Positions 43,014 through 55,868 of a stretch of 64,000 nt of DNA are shown here, piece by piece. Made by a program: the position numbers and the translations under genes. Origin of the DNA: a virus; IMG/VR virus record IMGVR_UViG_3300024999_000048, positions 32,001 to 96,000 of that record; one strand, 5' to 3'. Under the pieces are notes generated by a model that searched no databases, was not told the origin of the DNA, and worked only from the letters and a program-made list of their open reading frames with translations. Position 1 is the first letter of the stretch, and the number at the start of each line of letters is the position of its first letter.

Positions 43014-44873
43014 ATGAAGGAGATTAATAAAATGAGTGAAAATAAAGTTCAACTACAGGTAAATGTAATTAATCAATTAAAATTACTTCGACAAAGCACA
43101 TTTAAAGACACCTTATGCTTCTTAGATGAAGATATTCAAAATGCTCAGAGAGCAAAGGCAACAGAGGTTAAAATAACAGTAGATTATTATGAGAAAACAG
43201 TAATTATTGAAAACAATGGACAAATTTTAACCAAACCTCAAGCTCTATTTTCTATTGCTGAAAGTGAATGGGATGATGATATTAAGTCTACAGAAAACCC
43301 CTTCGGCATGGGTTTCTTCAGTAATATTACAGTTAGTAATTTCATTCAAATATATACAGGTAATAAATTAATTACATTTGATGTGGAAAACATGATTCAA
43401 ACAAATGACACTGAAATCAAAGTTGAAAATATTGAGGATCGCTATGAGGGATTCAAATTGGTGTTAAATAATTTTGACTTTAATACTGCTTCCTCATCTA
43501 ATATTCAAGAAAGAGTAAGATTATTGGGAAGATATATTCATGAGTTAGATATTTATTACAACGACACATTGCAGGAGAAAAAGGATTTAACTCAAGGTGA
43601 TGACAGTATCTATAAACTACCTATAGAAGACGCAGAAAGTTTTAAAGGTTGGATTGCACTCAACAATAATTATGGATGGGGAGATAATTTAAATATATTT
43701 TATAAAGGTAGATTAGTAACTAAACTAGAAAATACACCTTATCTAAAAGGTGATTTACATATTAGTGATAAAGCATTAAATTTAACTTCGCCAGACAGAA
43801 AAGATGTTATTAAGGATAGTAAATTTTATGATTTTAGAAATATAGTTAAGACTTATGCTGAAAAACTATGTGCGGAAACAATGCTTGAAGGTGACGAAGA
43901 TGAAATTAATGAATTTACGAATGCAATTAGTTATTATGTAAACAAGAAAGAAATTAAAAATATGATTAAATTCCTTACATTTAAAAGTAATGATAAAAAT
44001 GATTTAGAATATTTAAGAGGTGTTGCCATAGCAAAAGGAAAAAATAAAGGAATTAATAATTTTAAAGATTATGAATTACACCTACGTAAAGAATCAAATC
44101 AACAAAATGAATCTAATTTTGAAGAAGTAACTATTGATGCTAAAATTAAAACTCAACCTCCAAAAGCAAAAGGAATTATAGTGCATCAAGGTAGCAGTTC
44201 TTATTCTGATGGATATGTAGAAAAACCAGAGATTAATGATAATGAAACAACTGTAAAACAAGGAGAAATTATTCTAAACAATGATCAACCTGTATTTTAT
44301 ATTGGATTTTCAGAAGTTGAGAAATACGAATATAAACTCAATGTAGTAAAACACTATAATTTAAAAATAATTATTGCAAGAAATAAAATTGAGGAAGAAA
44401 TTCTTAAAAACATGAAAGATTCTGATAATGTATTACATATTTCAGAACTAATTGAAGATGTAATAATAACTGGAGTGTTATCAGATACATCATTAAATAT
44501 TAAAGAACATAGAGCATTAATGTTGTTTGATATGATTAGTAGGATGGTAGGACTATCTTATAATGCTTTTGTAATAGGTAATTTAGCCGTTACAAAAAAT
44601 ATAAAGGTAGAAAGTTTAGATATTAATACTCAGATTGTTGAAGATAATGTATTTGTAATTAGGAATATTGAAGCAAATAAAGTTTACGTAGATAGGAAAA
44701 TTATTGATCAAACCAATTTAAGAGAAGATTTAGAAGTTAATTTGGATATTAGTGATTATAAATTTATTTTGGGCAATCTTTATAATATTGTTGAAGAACT
44801 TAGACTTTTGGAGCATAAAAATAAAGATGACTATATGAATACAATATTAAGTATTTTGGGAAGTTCAATATAA
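43014..44873 (+). CDS. GHKL (HSP90-like) ATPase domain protein
   Basis: EDIQNAQRA (N-box), ENNG (G1, Asn in place of Asp), PFGMGFFS (G2). Confidence 0.7.
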   Translation: MKEINKMSENKVQLQVNVINQLKLLRQSTFKDTLCFLDEDIQNAQRAKATEVKITVDYYEKTVIIENNGQILTKPQALFSIAESEWDDDIKSTENPFGMGFFSNITVSNFIQIYTGNKLITFDVENMIQTNDTEIKVENIEDRYEGFKLVLNNFDFNTASSSNIQERVRLLGRYIHELDIYYNDTLQEKKDLTQGDDSIYKLPIEDAESFKGWIALNNNYGWGDNLNIFYKGRLVTKLENTPYLKGDLHISDKALNLTSPDRKDVIKDSKFYDFRNIVKTYAEKLCAETMLEGDEDEINEFTNAISYYVNKKEIKNMIKFLTFKSNDKNDLEYLRGVAIAKGKNKGINNFKDYELHLRKESNQQNESNFEEVTIDAKIKTQPPKAKGIIVHQGSSSYSDGYVEKPEINDNETTVKQGEIILNNDQPVFYIGFSEVEKYEYKLNVVKHYNLKIIIARNKIEEEILKNMKDSDNVLHISELIEDVIITGVLSDTSLNIKEHRALMLFDMISRMVGLSYNAFVIGNLAVTKNIKVESLDINTQIVEDNVFVIRNIEANKVYVDRKIIDQTNLREDLEVNLDISDYKFILGNLYNIVEELRLLEHKNKDDYMNTILSILGSSI

Positions 44874-45581
44874 ACGATTATAATAATTAGAAAGAAGGAA
44901 AATAAATGAAAAAACAAAATGAAGATAAGTATCTCCCATACACTAAAAAAGATTTTAGAAAATATTGGTGTGATCCAGAATCTGAATTTCCAGAAATGCA
45001 AACATTTGAAGTCATCAGACCACTTACCGAAAAAGAGAAATCTGATTGGATTAAGGGAGAAGATTGTGATTATAATGAAGAAATGTATTTAATTAGAAAT
45101 AATAATGGTGATGAACGTGAAGTCTTTGATGTAGAAATTCTTAATGAATATGAAATAGATTCAGAAACATGGAGATGTTGTGTGATAAATCTATTGGAAA
45201 GTATGGAAGGTGAAAATGAAGGAATTATGGATTTTATAAGTGAATGTAAAATTGAACAATATGTTAAAAAACATTGTTAGAAAGAAGGAAATAAATATGT
45301 TAACACAAATTATCAAAGATGAAATTGAAACTATAATTCAAGAAAAAGGATTGGAGCAAATCATCAAAGATATTGTTCAAAAGAAAATGTCTAATGAAAA
45401 TATTCAAAAGATAATTGAAATGGAAATTGACAAATTATTGCCAGAAGCAATTGCAGAAAGTGTTAGATATCAGCTCGTAGACGATGGAGAAGTAAATTAC
45501 ATGGTTCATGAAAGATTAAAAGAAATGGTTAAAAATAAGATTTCTGATTGGAAATTATAGAAAGGGAAGTGAGATTAAAAA

Positions 45582-45752
45582 ATGAGAGATATAAATAGAA
45601 TTGATGAAATCATTGAAGCATTGCGTGATTGTTGGAAACAATATCCTGATTTAAGATTAGGACAATTGATTTATAATCTTAATAAATCTGGAAATAGAGA
45701 TATATTTTATCCAGAAGATGATATGTGGTTACAATGGATTAAGGGAGGATAA
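45582..45752 (+). CDS. small phage protein, DUF1040-like (absent from ORF track)
   Basis: MRDINRIDEIIEALRDCWKQYPDLRLGQLI...DIFYPEDD. Confidence 0.6.
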   Translation: MRDINRIDEIIEALRDCWKQYPDLRLGQLIYNLNKSGNRDIFYPEDDMWLQWIKGG

Positions 45753-46409
45753 TTGAATATGAAGAAATTCACTATCCTCTTGGTTGTTGGAGCTTTATTC
45801 ACAGCAAATATTTATATGAAATATCATAACTTATCTGTACCAAAACCCATACCAACAGAACAAGTGCAACTAAGAGATTATCAAAAAGATATTGAAAGAA
45901 CAGCAGAATTAAAGAAAATGCAAGACCCAACTATAATTCAAAATGAAATAAGAAAGGTAGGTGAAATCACTTCATTAAAAAGTAAATATAATTATTTTAG
46001 CAAAATAACTAATAAGGATAAGTTCTTTGATAAAATCACATTAAGAGAAATTACATTGAATTTTGAATATAATTTTGGAATTGGAGTCAGTAGTCTTGAA
46101 TACATAAAAGTAACTAAAATTGAAAATGGGAAAGTTTATATATCTATCCCAAAAAATCGAATCCAACTTATTTATATAGAGCAAAATATGCAGAACTCAA
46201 GAATTATAAATGAAGACAACATGTTTATGTTTGATCAATTTAGTCCTTCTGACACTCAAATATTATCTGCACAAGCACAGAAAAATGTTGTTAATGCAAT
46301 TGGTAAAGATAAGAAATTGTTTAATGATGCAATGGTTAATTTGCAAGAAGTGGTAGAGGTGTTGGTTATTAGTTTAGGGTATGAGCAAGTTGTTTTTAAT
46401 GTTATTTAA
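45753..46409 (+). CDS. DUF4230-like membrane-anchored protein
   Basis: N-terminal TM; ITSLKSKY, FGI, ISIPK, LGYEQVVF pattern. Confidence 0.55.
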   Translation: MNMKKFTILLVVGALFTANIYMKYHNLSVPKPIPTEQVQLRDYQKDIERTAELKKMQDPTIIQNEIRKVGEITSLKSKYNYFSKITNKDKFFDKITLREITLNFEYNFGIGVSSLEYIKVTKIENGKVYISIPKNRIQLIYIEQNMQNSRIINEDNMFMFDQFSPSDTQILSAQAQKNVVNAIGKDKKLFNDAMVNLQEVVEVLVISLGYEQVVFNVI

Positions 46410-46898
46410 GAGAAAGAGGGATATTAAATGAAAGAATTTAAATTAATCCAATATAAAGAATGTCCATCATGTGGATTCAATATTAAACCAGAAGTTAAAC
46501 ATGCATATGATAATAATTGGTGTCCTCATTGTGGTTTTGGTTATAAAGAAACAATTCAAAGAAAAGAACCAGAATATTTTAGTAGTGGATATGATAAAGC
46601 TGTTAGAAGTGGATTGCTGTAATTAGGAGTGATTAATTATGTGCTATGGAACATGTTCTTTTGAAGAATACATGGGCGAATGCGGTGTCTATGGAATTAG
46701 TAATCAAATAAAATTTGAGTTAGGTTTTACTCCTTGTTTTATTGGTGGATATGTGACCTGTAAAGAAGAAGATGAATATTATCAAGGATTATTAAAAGAA
46801 GGTAAAATTAAAGAGTTGAACAAAAAAGTATGGAATATGAGATTCCATGTAAAGGTTTCTAGTGCAGGATTTATGAATATTTGAAAGTATAAGGGAGG

Positions 46899-46991
46899 TT
46901 ACTTAGTTAAATAATAAATCAATATGCCTATAAATGGGGTAGCAATAATTATTAAACCTAGAATTATAATCACAATTCTTCTAATGTTCAT
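46899..46991 (-). CDS. 30-aa hydrophobic peptide, type I toxin-like (absent from ORF track)
   Basis: MNIRRIVIIILGLIIIATPFIGILIYYLTK; RBS AAGGAAGG upstream on the - strand. Confidence 0.6.
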   Translation of the reverse strand: MNIRRIVIIILGLIIIATPFIGILIYYLTK

Positions 46992-48264
46992 AATATCATA
47001 CCTTCCTTGTTTTTCTAATTAAAAAGACCCTGCCATAAAAGCAAGGTTAGATTTAGGACGAGAATGAATTTAGTACGAGATTATCATGTCCATGGTTAAG
47101 GATAATTATGTAGTAAGGAGAGTTAAATTATGAAATGTGTATTGGATAAATGCCCTAGTATATTTGAATCAGATGGTAAGAATTGGTGTAATGTATTAAG
47201 CTATTATGTTTGGAATGATAACGAGTGTAAATTGCCTGATAAAATAAGAGAAATTAGAGATGAATTATTAAGAAAATGTGAATTATTAGAAACTATTTTA
47301 GAGGTTGATAACAACAAAATAGATGAAACTGTATGATAAAATTAGACCCGAATAATTGGCAAGATGCAGAATATTGGTTTGAAGATGAGGAAGAGGTATT
47401 TGAGTTTATGAGGGAAAATGAAGATATGATTGTGAAATATTCTTTAGAAAATGGAATGACGATTAGGGATGGAATTAGGTATTTATTTAAGGTGAGAGAT
47501 TAGAGGAGGTAAAAGTTAATGAACAATGTGAAACAGTATAAATGTCCAGAATGTAATAAATATGAAGATGCAAAATCATGGGATGAAGAAACATTAAAAC
47601 ACTATGACGAAGATGAAGACATTACATCTATTGAAGATGATAAAAACGGGTGTTATTTTTATTGTCCAAATTGTAAACTAGATATTGATGGAAAGAATAT
47701 AGAAACTGATGAAGAATTAATAAAACCATTAAATATTATTAAGGAAAAGATTGAAGAGGTATTGATGGAATATATGGATGGGACTTATAAAGGATTTGAT
47801 GGAGGTAATTTAATAGACGATATTGATGTTTGCTCATTAAGGGATGATTTAATTAAATTATTCCAAGAAATAAACAAGGAGGTATATAAATGATATTGAT
47901 TCATTACACAGAACATTTTAGCCAAGACAGTCCAGATAAATATGTGTTCTATTCATATAAAGAATTCTTCAAGTTTTGGGAAAAGAATTTAAGAAATGGA
48001 AATATTAGATTAATAAGTCATAGTGAAATGGAGGAAAAATAAATGAGTATTAAACCATTAATTGAATTAATAACTTGTGAATCAGGAGATTTTGAAGTAT
48101 TACAAGTAAATTTGGGTGAAGATTTCTTTTGTGAAGGACATAGAATTTCTAATCAAGATTGGATTAGATTGTTAAAGGAATTAGGTTATCCAGTTACTAA
48201 GAAATGTTTGTCAGATGAAAATATGGAATATGGTGATTATAACGTGGAAGGGATTAATGAATAA

Positions 48265-48510
48265 ATGATTAGTATAGAAGAATTTGAGACTAATATGGTT
48301 TATAGACACTTTAAAGGTAATTATTATTATGTGATGGACTTAGCAGAGAACACAGAAACAAATGAATTGATGGTTGTATATCATGCTTTATATGGTGATT
48401 ATGAATGTTATGTAAGGCCATTTGCAATGTTTGTAGAAGAATTAGGTGATGTAGAAAAATTGTTATATAAGCAAGAATATAGATTTGTGCCTGTAACTAT
48501 GAGTAAATAA
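48265..48510 (+). CDS. DUF1653 family protein
   Basis: YRHFKGNYY, ETNELMVVYHALYG, VRPFAMF, QEYRF. Confidence 0.85.
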   Translation: MISIEEFETNMVYRHFKGNYYYVMDLAENTETNELMVVYHALYGDYECYVRPFAMFVEELGDVEKLLYKQEYRFVPVTMSK

Positions 48511-49525
48511 AAGAGAAGTTTTATTCTAATTAAGAAAGGTAAAACATATGAATGTAAATCTATTTGATTTATCTAAAGCAGAAATAGTAAAACCCATTAT
48601 TCATAAAAATAATGGTACACTTCGAGACGTAGGCAGTTCAGTATTAAGACATCCAAAGACTAAGGTATATTTAATTTATGAATTCAATTTTGATAATCAA
48701 GATATGGTAGTTATTATTGTGGAATATTGGGTTGGAATACGTGGAGAATATTCTAGAGAAATGTTGGTGGTGGATAGGAATTGTATTAAGAAAATTCCTA
48801 ACAAATTGTGAATTTATTCTATGCGGAAGGATTAGATATGGATGAATTTGAAAAACTAAAATATGATGGCGATTATCACACTTATGGATATTTTAAAACT
48901 CATAAACTTAAAAATAGTCAGACAATAGGGATATATTTTTGGAAACATGAGCAAAGCAAATCTAATGATTATGTAATATTATTAGCAATTGCAAATAAAA
49001 AGAAGCATCTCAGGCAATTAATATTAGGTGAAAAAGATATATTAACCGATCATGAAACTGGCAAATGTGGATTAGAAGGGTTGCTATGGGCAAAGAAACA
49101 GATAGTTGAATTTGAGAAGTCTAATTGTTGTAAAGATGGAGATTTTATTAGTGTTTATTGGACTGATAATAGAAGAAGAGATGTTTATGAATATGGATTG
49201 AGAAAAATGGGATTTGTGGTTGGGTATCGGGACGGTAGGAAATGTTTGAGTAAGAGAGTAGTAAAATAAAGAAAGAGGTAATTAATAATGAATGAAATGA
49301 GTGAAACTATTAAAGAAAAATTAGATAAAGATCCAGGTTATCAAGCGTTTAGTAATTTGATGGATATGGTATTTGAGATTGCTGATGAATTGCATAATAA
49401 AATTGAATTAACTAATGTTGAATATGAATTTATTGATGCTTTCGATGAATACATTGCTTCTATGATAGATGAAGAAGAGGATACTGTAGAATAGAAATTA
49501 GTTTTATAAATTATAAAATAAATAT

Positions 49526-49555
49526 TTGACAATATGGGTTCGGATGTAGTATAAT
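49526..49555 (+). promoter_or_regulatory. consensus sigmaA promoter for DNA ligase
   Basis: TTATAAAATAAATAT-TTGACA-18bp-TATAAT. Confidence 0.7.
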
Positions 49556-49608
49556 GTTAGTAGAGATGCAAATGAATCCATATTAATTTAAGAAAGAAGG
49601 AATAAGAA

Positions 49609-51576
49609 ATGAATAACATTAATCGCATACAAGAGTTAACCAATCAACTCAATATAGCCTGTAACGCCTATTACAACCTAAATAAACCCATTATGGAGAA
49701 TCGTGAGTACAATCTATTGTTTGAAGAATTAGAGTCCTTAGAGCAAGCATCAGGAGTAATCCTAAGTGATTCACCTACACAAAGAGCCGGATACAAAGTA
49801 GTATCAGATTTGCCAAAAGTAAAACATGAAATTCCTTTATTGTCATTAGATAAGGAAAAAGAAATACCTAAACTAGAAAAATGGTTGGGAAATAAACAAG
49901 GTGTATTGATGCTCAAGATGGATGGAGGAACTGGGGCCACACATTATAAGAAGACATTTAAACAATTAGTTACCAGAGGAGATTCAGAAACAAATATTGG
50001 TGAGGATATTTCTCATAACGTACATAGCATAAAAAATATTCCATTAAGTATTGATGATAATAATAAAATTATAATTGTTGGTGAAAACTTTATGAAATAT
50101 TCATCATTTAATGAAATTAATTCAAGAATACTAAACCCTGATGATAAATATGCAAATCCCCGAAATCTAGCTAATGGTTCTGTAGGATTGTTAGACAGTA
50201 AAATATGTAAGAATCGAAATATAGAATTTTGTGCATTCAATATTATTAAAGGAAATAAGTTTAAAACAAAACAAGAACAATTAGAGTGGTTGAAATCTCA
50301 AGGATTTTATACTGTACAATATTGGATGGTTACAAAGGATAATCTTAAGGAAATGATTGAACAGATTATTGAAGACATTCCTACTTTTGACTTCCCGATT
50401 GACGGCCTAGTTTTATCTTTTGATGATATAGAATATGGATTATCTTTAGGTCAGGTAGCTAGATTTCCTAAACATTCAATTTCTTTCAAGTTTGAGGATT
50501 CATGGTTCAAAACTAAATATCTATATACCGAGTGGAATACAAGTAGACTTGGTAGGATTATTGGAACTGGAGTTTTTCAACCTATCAATATTGAAGGATC
50601 TGAAATAGCAAGAGCGACAACTCATAATTTAGACATATTTAGGAATTTAAAACTTGGTAAGGATGATATCATTGAAATTTCAAAACGCAATAAAATTATT
50701 CCTGCTATTGAAAATAATATTACTAGAAGCAATACTGAGCAATTACCTACAGAATGTCCAACATGTAAAGGCGAAGTAGAAATAAGATTAGAAGCAAAAA
50801 CCAATAACTTGTATTGTATTAATCCTAATTGTGAAGCAAAATTAACTCAGAAACTAAAATATTTTGTGAGCAAGCAATGTTTTAATATTTCAGACTTAGG
50901 AGAAGCGACTCTAGAAGCATTTATTGATAATGGATTTATTGAGAATTATATGGATATTTTCAAACTAGAAAGATACAAGAAAGAAATTGTGAAGATGAAT
51001 GGATTTGGGGTTAAATCCTTCAATAAATTAATGATTGCTCTAGAAAATGCAAAACAAATTAGTATGACATCACTAATTGCATCTCTTGGTATAAAAAATG
51101 TAGGATTTGGATCATCAAAGAGACTTACGAAACATTTTAATAATGACATTGGTTTATTTTTAGAAGCAACAAAATCATATAGAAATTTTGTAAATATTGA
51201 TGATTTTGGAGATATTACTGCCAATTCAATTTGTGATTATTTCCAAGATGAAGAGAATATGAAAATGTTTTTGGAATTATTGGAATGTGTGAATATCAAA
51301 AAAGAAGAAAAGAAGGAGGATAAAGGTATGAATAGTCTTGAAGGAAAAACATTTGTGGTAACTGGGAAGGTGACTACTTTCAAAAATAGGGATGAAGTAG
51401 GAGAACTAATAACTTCTCTTGGTGGGATATTATCAGGTTCAGTAAGCAAAAATACTTCTTATCTTTTGAATAATGATGTGACATCTACATCTGGGAAAAA
51501 TAAAAGAGCTCAAGATTTAGGTGTTGAAATTATCAGTGAACAACAATTCAATGAAATGATAGGGAGAGTAGTGTAA
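49609..51576 (+). CDS. ligA: NAD-dependent DNA ligase
   Basis: AYY, SPTQRAG, LLSLDK, KMDG, TRGD, ANPRNLANG, IDGLV, FKF, CPTC...C.NPNC Zn finger, HhH, C-terminal BRCT (FVVTGK, SVSKNT). Confidence 0.95.
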   Translation: MNNINRIQELTNQLNIACNAYYNLNKPIMENREYNLLFEELESLEQASGVILSDSPTQRAGYKVVSDLPKVKHEIPLLSLDKEKEIPKLEKWLGNKQGVLMLKMDGGTGATHYKKTFKQLVTRGDSETNIGEDISHNVHSIKNIPLSIDDNNKIIIVGENFMKYSSFNEINSRILNPDDKYANPRNLANGSVGLLDSKICKNRNIEFCAFNIIKGNKFKTKQEQLEWLKSQGFYTVQYWMVTKDNLKEMIEQIIEDIPTFDFPIDGLVLSFDDIEYGLSLGQVARFPKHSISFKFEDSWFKTKYLYTEWNTSRLGRIIGTGVFQPINIEGSEIARATTHNLDIFRNLKLGKDDIIEISKRNKIIPAIENNITRSNTEQLPTECPTCKGEVEIRLEAKTNNLYCINPNCEAKLTQKLKYFVSKQCFNISDLGEATLEAFIDNGFIENYMDIFKLERYKKEIVKMNGFGVKSFNKLMIALENAKQISMTSLIASLGIKNVGFGSSKRLTKHFNNDIGLFLEATKSYRNFVNIDDFGDITANSICDYFQDEENMKMFLELLECVNIKKEEKKEDKGMNSLEGKTFVVTGKVTTFKNRDEVGELITSLGGILSGSVSKNTSYLLNNDVTSTSGKNKRAQDLGVEIISEQQFNEMIGRVV

Positions 51577-52807
51577 TCTATTCTTCCTCAATTCAAATAT
51601 CGAATTCGAGGGATATGTTGAAAATGAGTTGATTAAAAATGAGTTTCTGGATAGATGAAGGATTAATAGGTTCTATATGTAAAAAATGTGATCGTTGTAT
51701 ATTTTATGATTGGTATTTATGTGAATTTGCACCAAACGATAAGAATGAAGATGGGGCATTATCTCTTCCGATTTTAGAGTGTGAAAATTTTAAATTAAGA
51801 AAGGAAGCATAAAACAATATGAACACTAAATGGGTTGATTTTATAATTTTAGATTTAACATGGGATGAAGAAACTATTTTTACTAAAGAATATTTTGAGG
51901 AATATGTTAATGATAAATTTGTTGCAGTTAAATTAAATGAAGATGGTAAACCTTTATATATTTGGACAGAAAAATATTGTTTTACAATTACTACATTTAA
52001 AAAGATAGTAATAGGTAGTCCTGCTATGATTGGAATACCCAGAAATCCAGAGTAAGGGTAATACCAAGAAATACCAATTTGCTAGGATAAGGAGATTATA
52101 AAATGGATTTTGAAAATATGACGAAAGATGAATTATTAGAAGTTTTAAAAGAAAGTTATATGAAATTAGTTCATCTTATACCATATAGTCCAACTTTTAA
52201 AGTCGGGAACTACTACAGATGTGCACAAACAGGAGACGATGAGATAAAAATATATGGAGATGTTATTTTATATTTAACTTTTGAAGAGACAGATAAATAT
52301 TTTAGGAAGTAGGATAAATTATTAATTAATTTAAGAGTAAGAAAGGAGGACATATTATGCATAAATTTACTGATGAAGATATGAAGAAATATACTTTAAT
52401 GAAAGTTAATGATAAAAAAGGATGTACAATGTGTTATAACCAAACAGAGCATATTGACTATATTTGCGAAGACAGAATGTGTGGTACGGAATGTTCAGAA
52501 ATGTTTTTATGCACAAATGAATAAATGTGAATAAAATTGTTTAATTTAGAAAGGAAGCGTAAAAGAATATGATTAAATATTATTGGAAAGTTATTATGAG
52601 AAATGGAAATGGTTATTATATTGAATCTGAAGTTAATAATATTGAAGAACTTATTAAAAATAGTTTTAATAAGTTTCTCAAGATAGTTTTGCTGTATTTA
52701 ATTTACATAGTTACAACTCTATAACGCAAGAAAATAAAATATTAATTAGATATTCTGAAATTTCAGAGATACTATGGAATGGAAAGTAGAAAAGAAAGGA
52801 TGATAAA

Positions 52808-53083
52808 ATGAAAAAACTAACCCTGTTAGGTTTATTGTTATGTGTCTCTATAGGTTTAGTAGGATGTGATTCAAATGCAAAATTTGTAAAAGATGATAAT
52901 AAAAAGTTAATTAATATTTCTGGATTACTTAGCTACGACATTGATACTAGAATAATTTATTATTATTTTAAAGATTCTGCTGGAAACGCAGGTTATGGAT
53001 TTATGTCTCCTTACATATCTGAAAACGGATACTTTTGTAAATATGATGTAAATGAAAGAAAAATAATTGAATTGAAGAAATAG
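52808..53083 (+). CDS. putative lipoprotein
   Basis: MKK + hydrophobic core + lipobox LVGC. Confidence 0.7.
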   Translation: MKKLTLLGLLLCVSIGLVGCDSNAKFVKDDNKKLINISGLLSYDIDTRIIYYYFKDSAGNAGYGFMSPYISENGYFCKYDVNERKIIELKK

Positions 53084-55868
53084 GATCAATGGATTATTTG
53101 AATTAAAGAAAGAAAGGAAGTAATTTAAATGGGATTTTGTAAATACGTAGAATGCATAATTACTCAAGATTACATTTGTTGTTTGGAATGTGATAAATTG
53201 CAAGAATGTAAAAATAAATGTTATTGTTGTAATGCGATAGATGTATACGATCATCCAGGAGATTGTAGTGAATATTCAAAATAAAATTAAAATACAATAA
53301 ATTTAGGAGGAATAAAATATGAGCAACAACAAACAAGAAATTTCTATTGATCGCGTAAAACAAATCACCCAAGAGGAATTACAAAGATATGTAAAAGGAA
53401 ATTTCTCAGAAGAAAGTTTAAGAGCGACCATCCAAAGTCAATTAGAAAATTCTGGGACAGAAATAGTTTTCAAACATTTAGGTCTGAGAAAAGATTCATG
53501 GAGTAGTAAATGGGAATTAAATGGTGGATACGGAGGTCTTAATCAAATAGTAAAAAATCAAGAACTTCTTATTAATGAAATTGGATCAAAAGTAATCCAA
53601 GAAATTGTTAAAGATGTTACACCAGAAGACGTTCTATCTTCTTTAACCAAGCAAAATATACAATCACTAAAAAAGATTTACAGAGAAACATTATTTGATT
53701 ATTTTAAAGATGAAGTTAGAAATCTTGCAATTGAAAATGGGAAAGAACAGGCTCAAACACTGTTTAAAAAGTATTTATACGAAGAAGATAATTCCGAGGA
53801 AATTTAACTTTTAATTGAATAGATATAAATAAGGAGAGATAATATATGATATTTTTTACATATGATGAGGATAATTATGATAGTGAAGAGGTTAGAGAAT
53901 CGGTAAAATACGAGGAATTAAGAAAAGTCAAAGGAATATGGATTGATAGGAGATATGCTTCTTCACCAGAAGACATACCTTATTATAAAGGAAATAAAGA
54001 ATGGGCAGACAAAGAGTGGTATGGAGAAGGAAAAAATCATAGGGTTACTGATGGTATGATTGAAAGAGATTTTGAGGAAGAATTTTCAATCATTGAACTA
54101 AATTCTTTAGATGATTTATTGGAATTTCAGAGAAAATATGATACTAACGCAAGTATTAGTATTGGAAGTCATTATTTTTACAATGGTGAATTATTAAATA
54201 CATTTAATTATGACTATCATGTGGAATAATATTTTAAATTTATGGTTTCGTTCTAGAAAGGAGATTTATAACATTGATCATTTATCCAGATAGAGACTAC
54301 TCACACATCTTATTATCTCAAGGAAGACAATGTGGAAAAACTAATATACATCTTGCTATTTTAGAAGCAGTTATGGAAAGTAAATTAACTAATAAACCTG
54401 TAAAAATAAGTTTTGGTATGAAGTTAATGAGAATAGAAGATTTATAGGAGAAATACAAATGAATTTAGAAGAAAAGATTAGTGAATTAAGAATGGCACTA
54501 GAATGTCTAAAAGACGAATATATTCAATATGTTGATAATGCCTGTCATTGTGATGAATATGATGATAATGAAGAATGTCCATATTGCTATGCTAAAAGAG
54601 TATTAAGGGAAACTAAGTAAAAAAAAGAATAATTTAACCAAATAAAAGAAAGGAAGTATTAAAATTATGAGTGTAGATTATTATTCATGTGATTATTGTG
54701 GAGAAAGTGCCTATGAAGAATTTGTAAAAAGTTGTGAAAAATGTGGTCACAGTATTTGTACAGAATGTGTAGTAAATGATGATATAAATTCTGAATATGC
54801 AAGTAGATATCGTGTTAAATATGATGGTTCTGAAGAACAAAAAGAGAAATATGGAATTACTGAAGAAGATATAGAAAAAGGATGGATTGAAATAGGTAAA
54901 CCTATTCAGGATACAGGTGTTGATCCAAAGTATTGTCCTTTTTGTAATGGGAAAATGATTCATAATAATGATTTATTAGACTATTTATTGAACAAATATA
55001 ATCTAACTAAAGATGAAGTTAAAAAAGAATATTTAGGAAGGAAGTTGTAAAATGAAAATTGTAAAAAATATTATACATAATAGAGAACCAATTTATATTG
55101 TAAAAATGTCTGGAGATTATAATGATGGAGATTATTCGTATTCCGAAGAAGAATTTGTTGAGTCAGCATTTAATGAAATTGCAGAATGTTTATTAGAAAT
55201 TGATAAATTGGTTGGAAGGGATTATGTGAATGGGGATTATGGATATGAATATGTAGAACGACATATTAGAAAGTTACAAAAACAATATAAAATGTATTTT
55301 GATTATCCTTTAGGAGATACTGCTTCTGATGCACCGATTCATAGCTTAGATAGTTTGGATATTCAATTTATTGATATCGATGGTCGAATATATGATGTTA
55401 GTTTAGAGGATTAAAGGAGAAGAAAAGGATGTTTAAAATGAATAAAGATTATTTAATAATTATTGGTGCATTGGCAAAATTAATTGGAGAAGCTGGATTA
55501 GCAGAAAAAGTAAATTTATTAATATCAGAAGAGAATGCTAATAAATATTTAGACCAACTTGATGAATATGGTAACAATACAACTAAGGAAGAAAGGGAAT
55601 CTCATTTAATGGATTTATTCTTGAGTAATTTTTCAAAACTATAGAATTGCATATTTAATTGAATGAAGGGAGGTGATATATTTAATGGATGCATTTAAAT
55701 TTGTCAATATTACTAGAAAATATAAGAAATGTCCAAACTGTGGAAGTAGTTGGAAAGATACAAAATTACAAGTAAGTGTAAAAGATGAAATTGTAACAAT
55801 CAGTTGTGAATGTGGTTTCTTAAAATTGGTTGATGAAAATAATAAAGAAATTAAAGGAGGAGAATAAA

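Noticed and set aside
47051-47080. Mini CRISPR array or known riboswitch
   Set aside because: Only two 13-nt repeats 4 nt apart; no recognisable aptamer consensus; kept only as part of the antisense micro-locus finding
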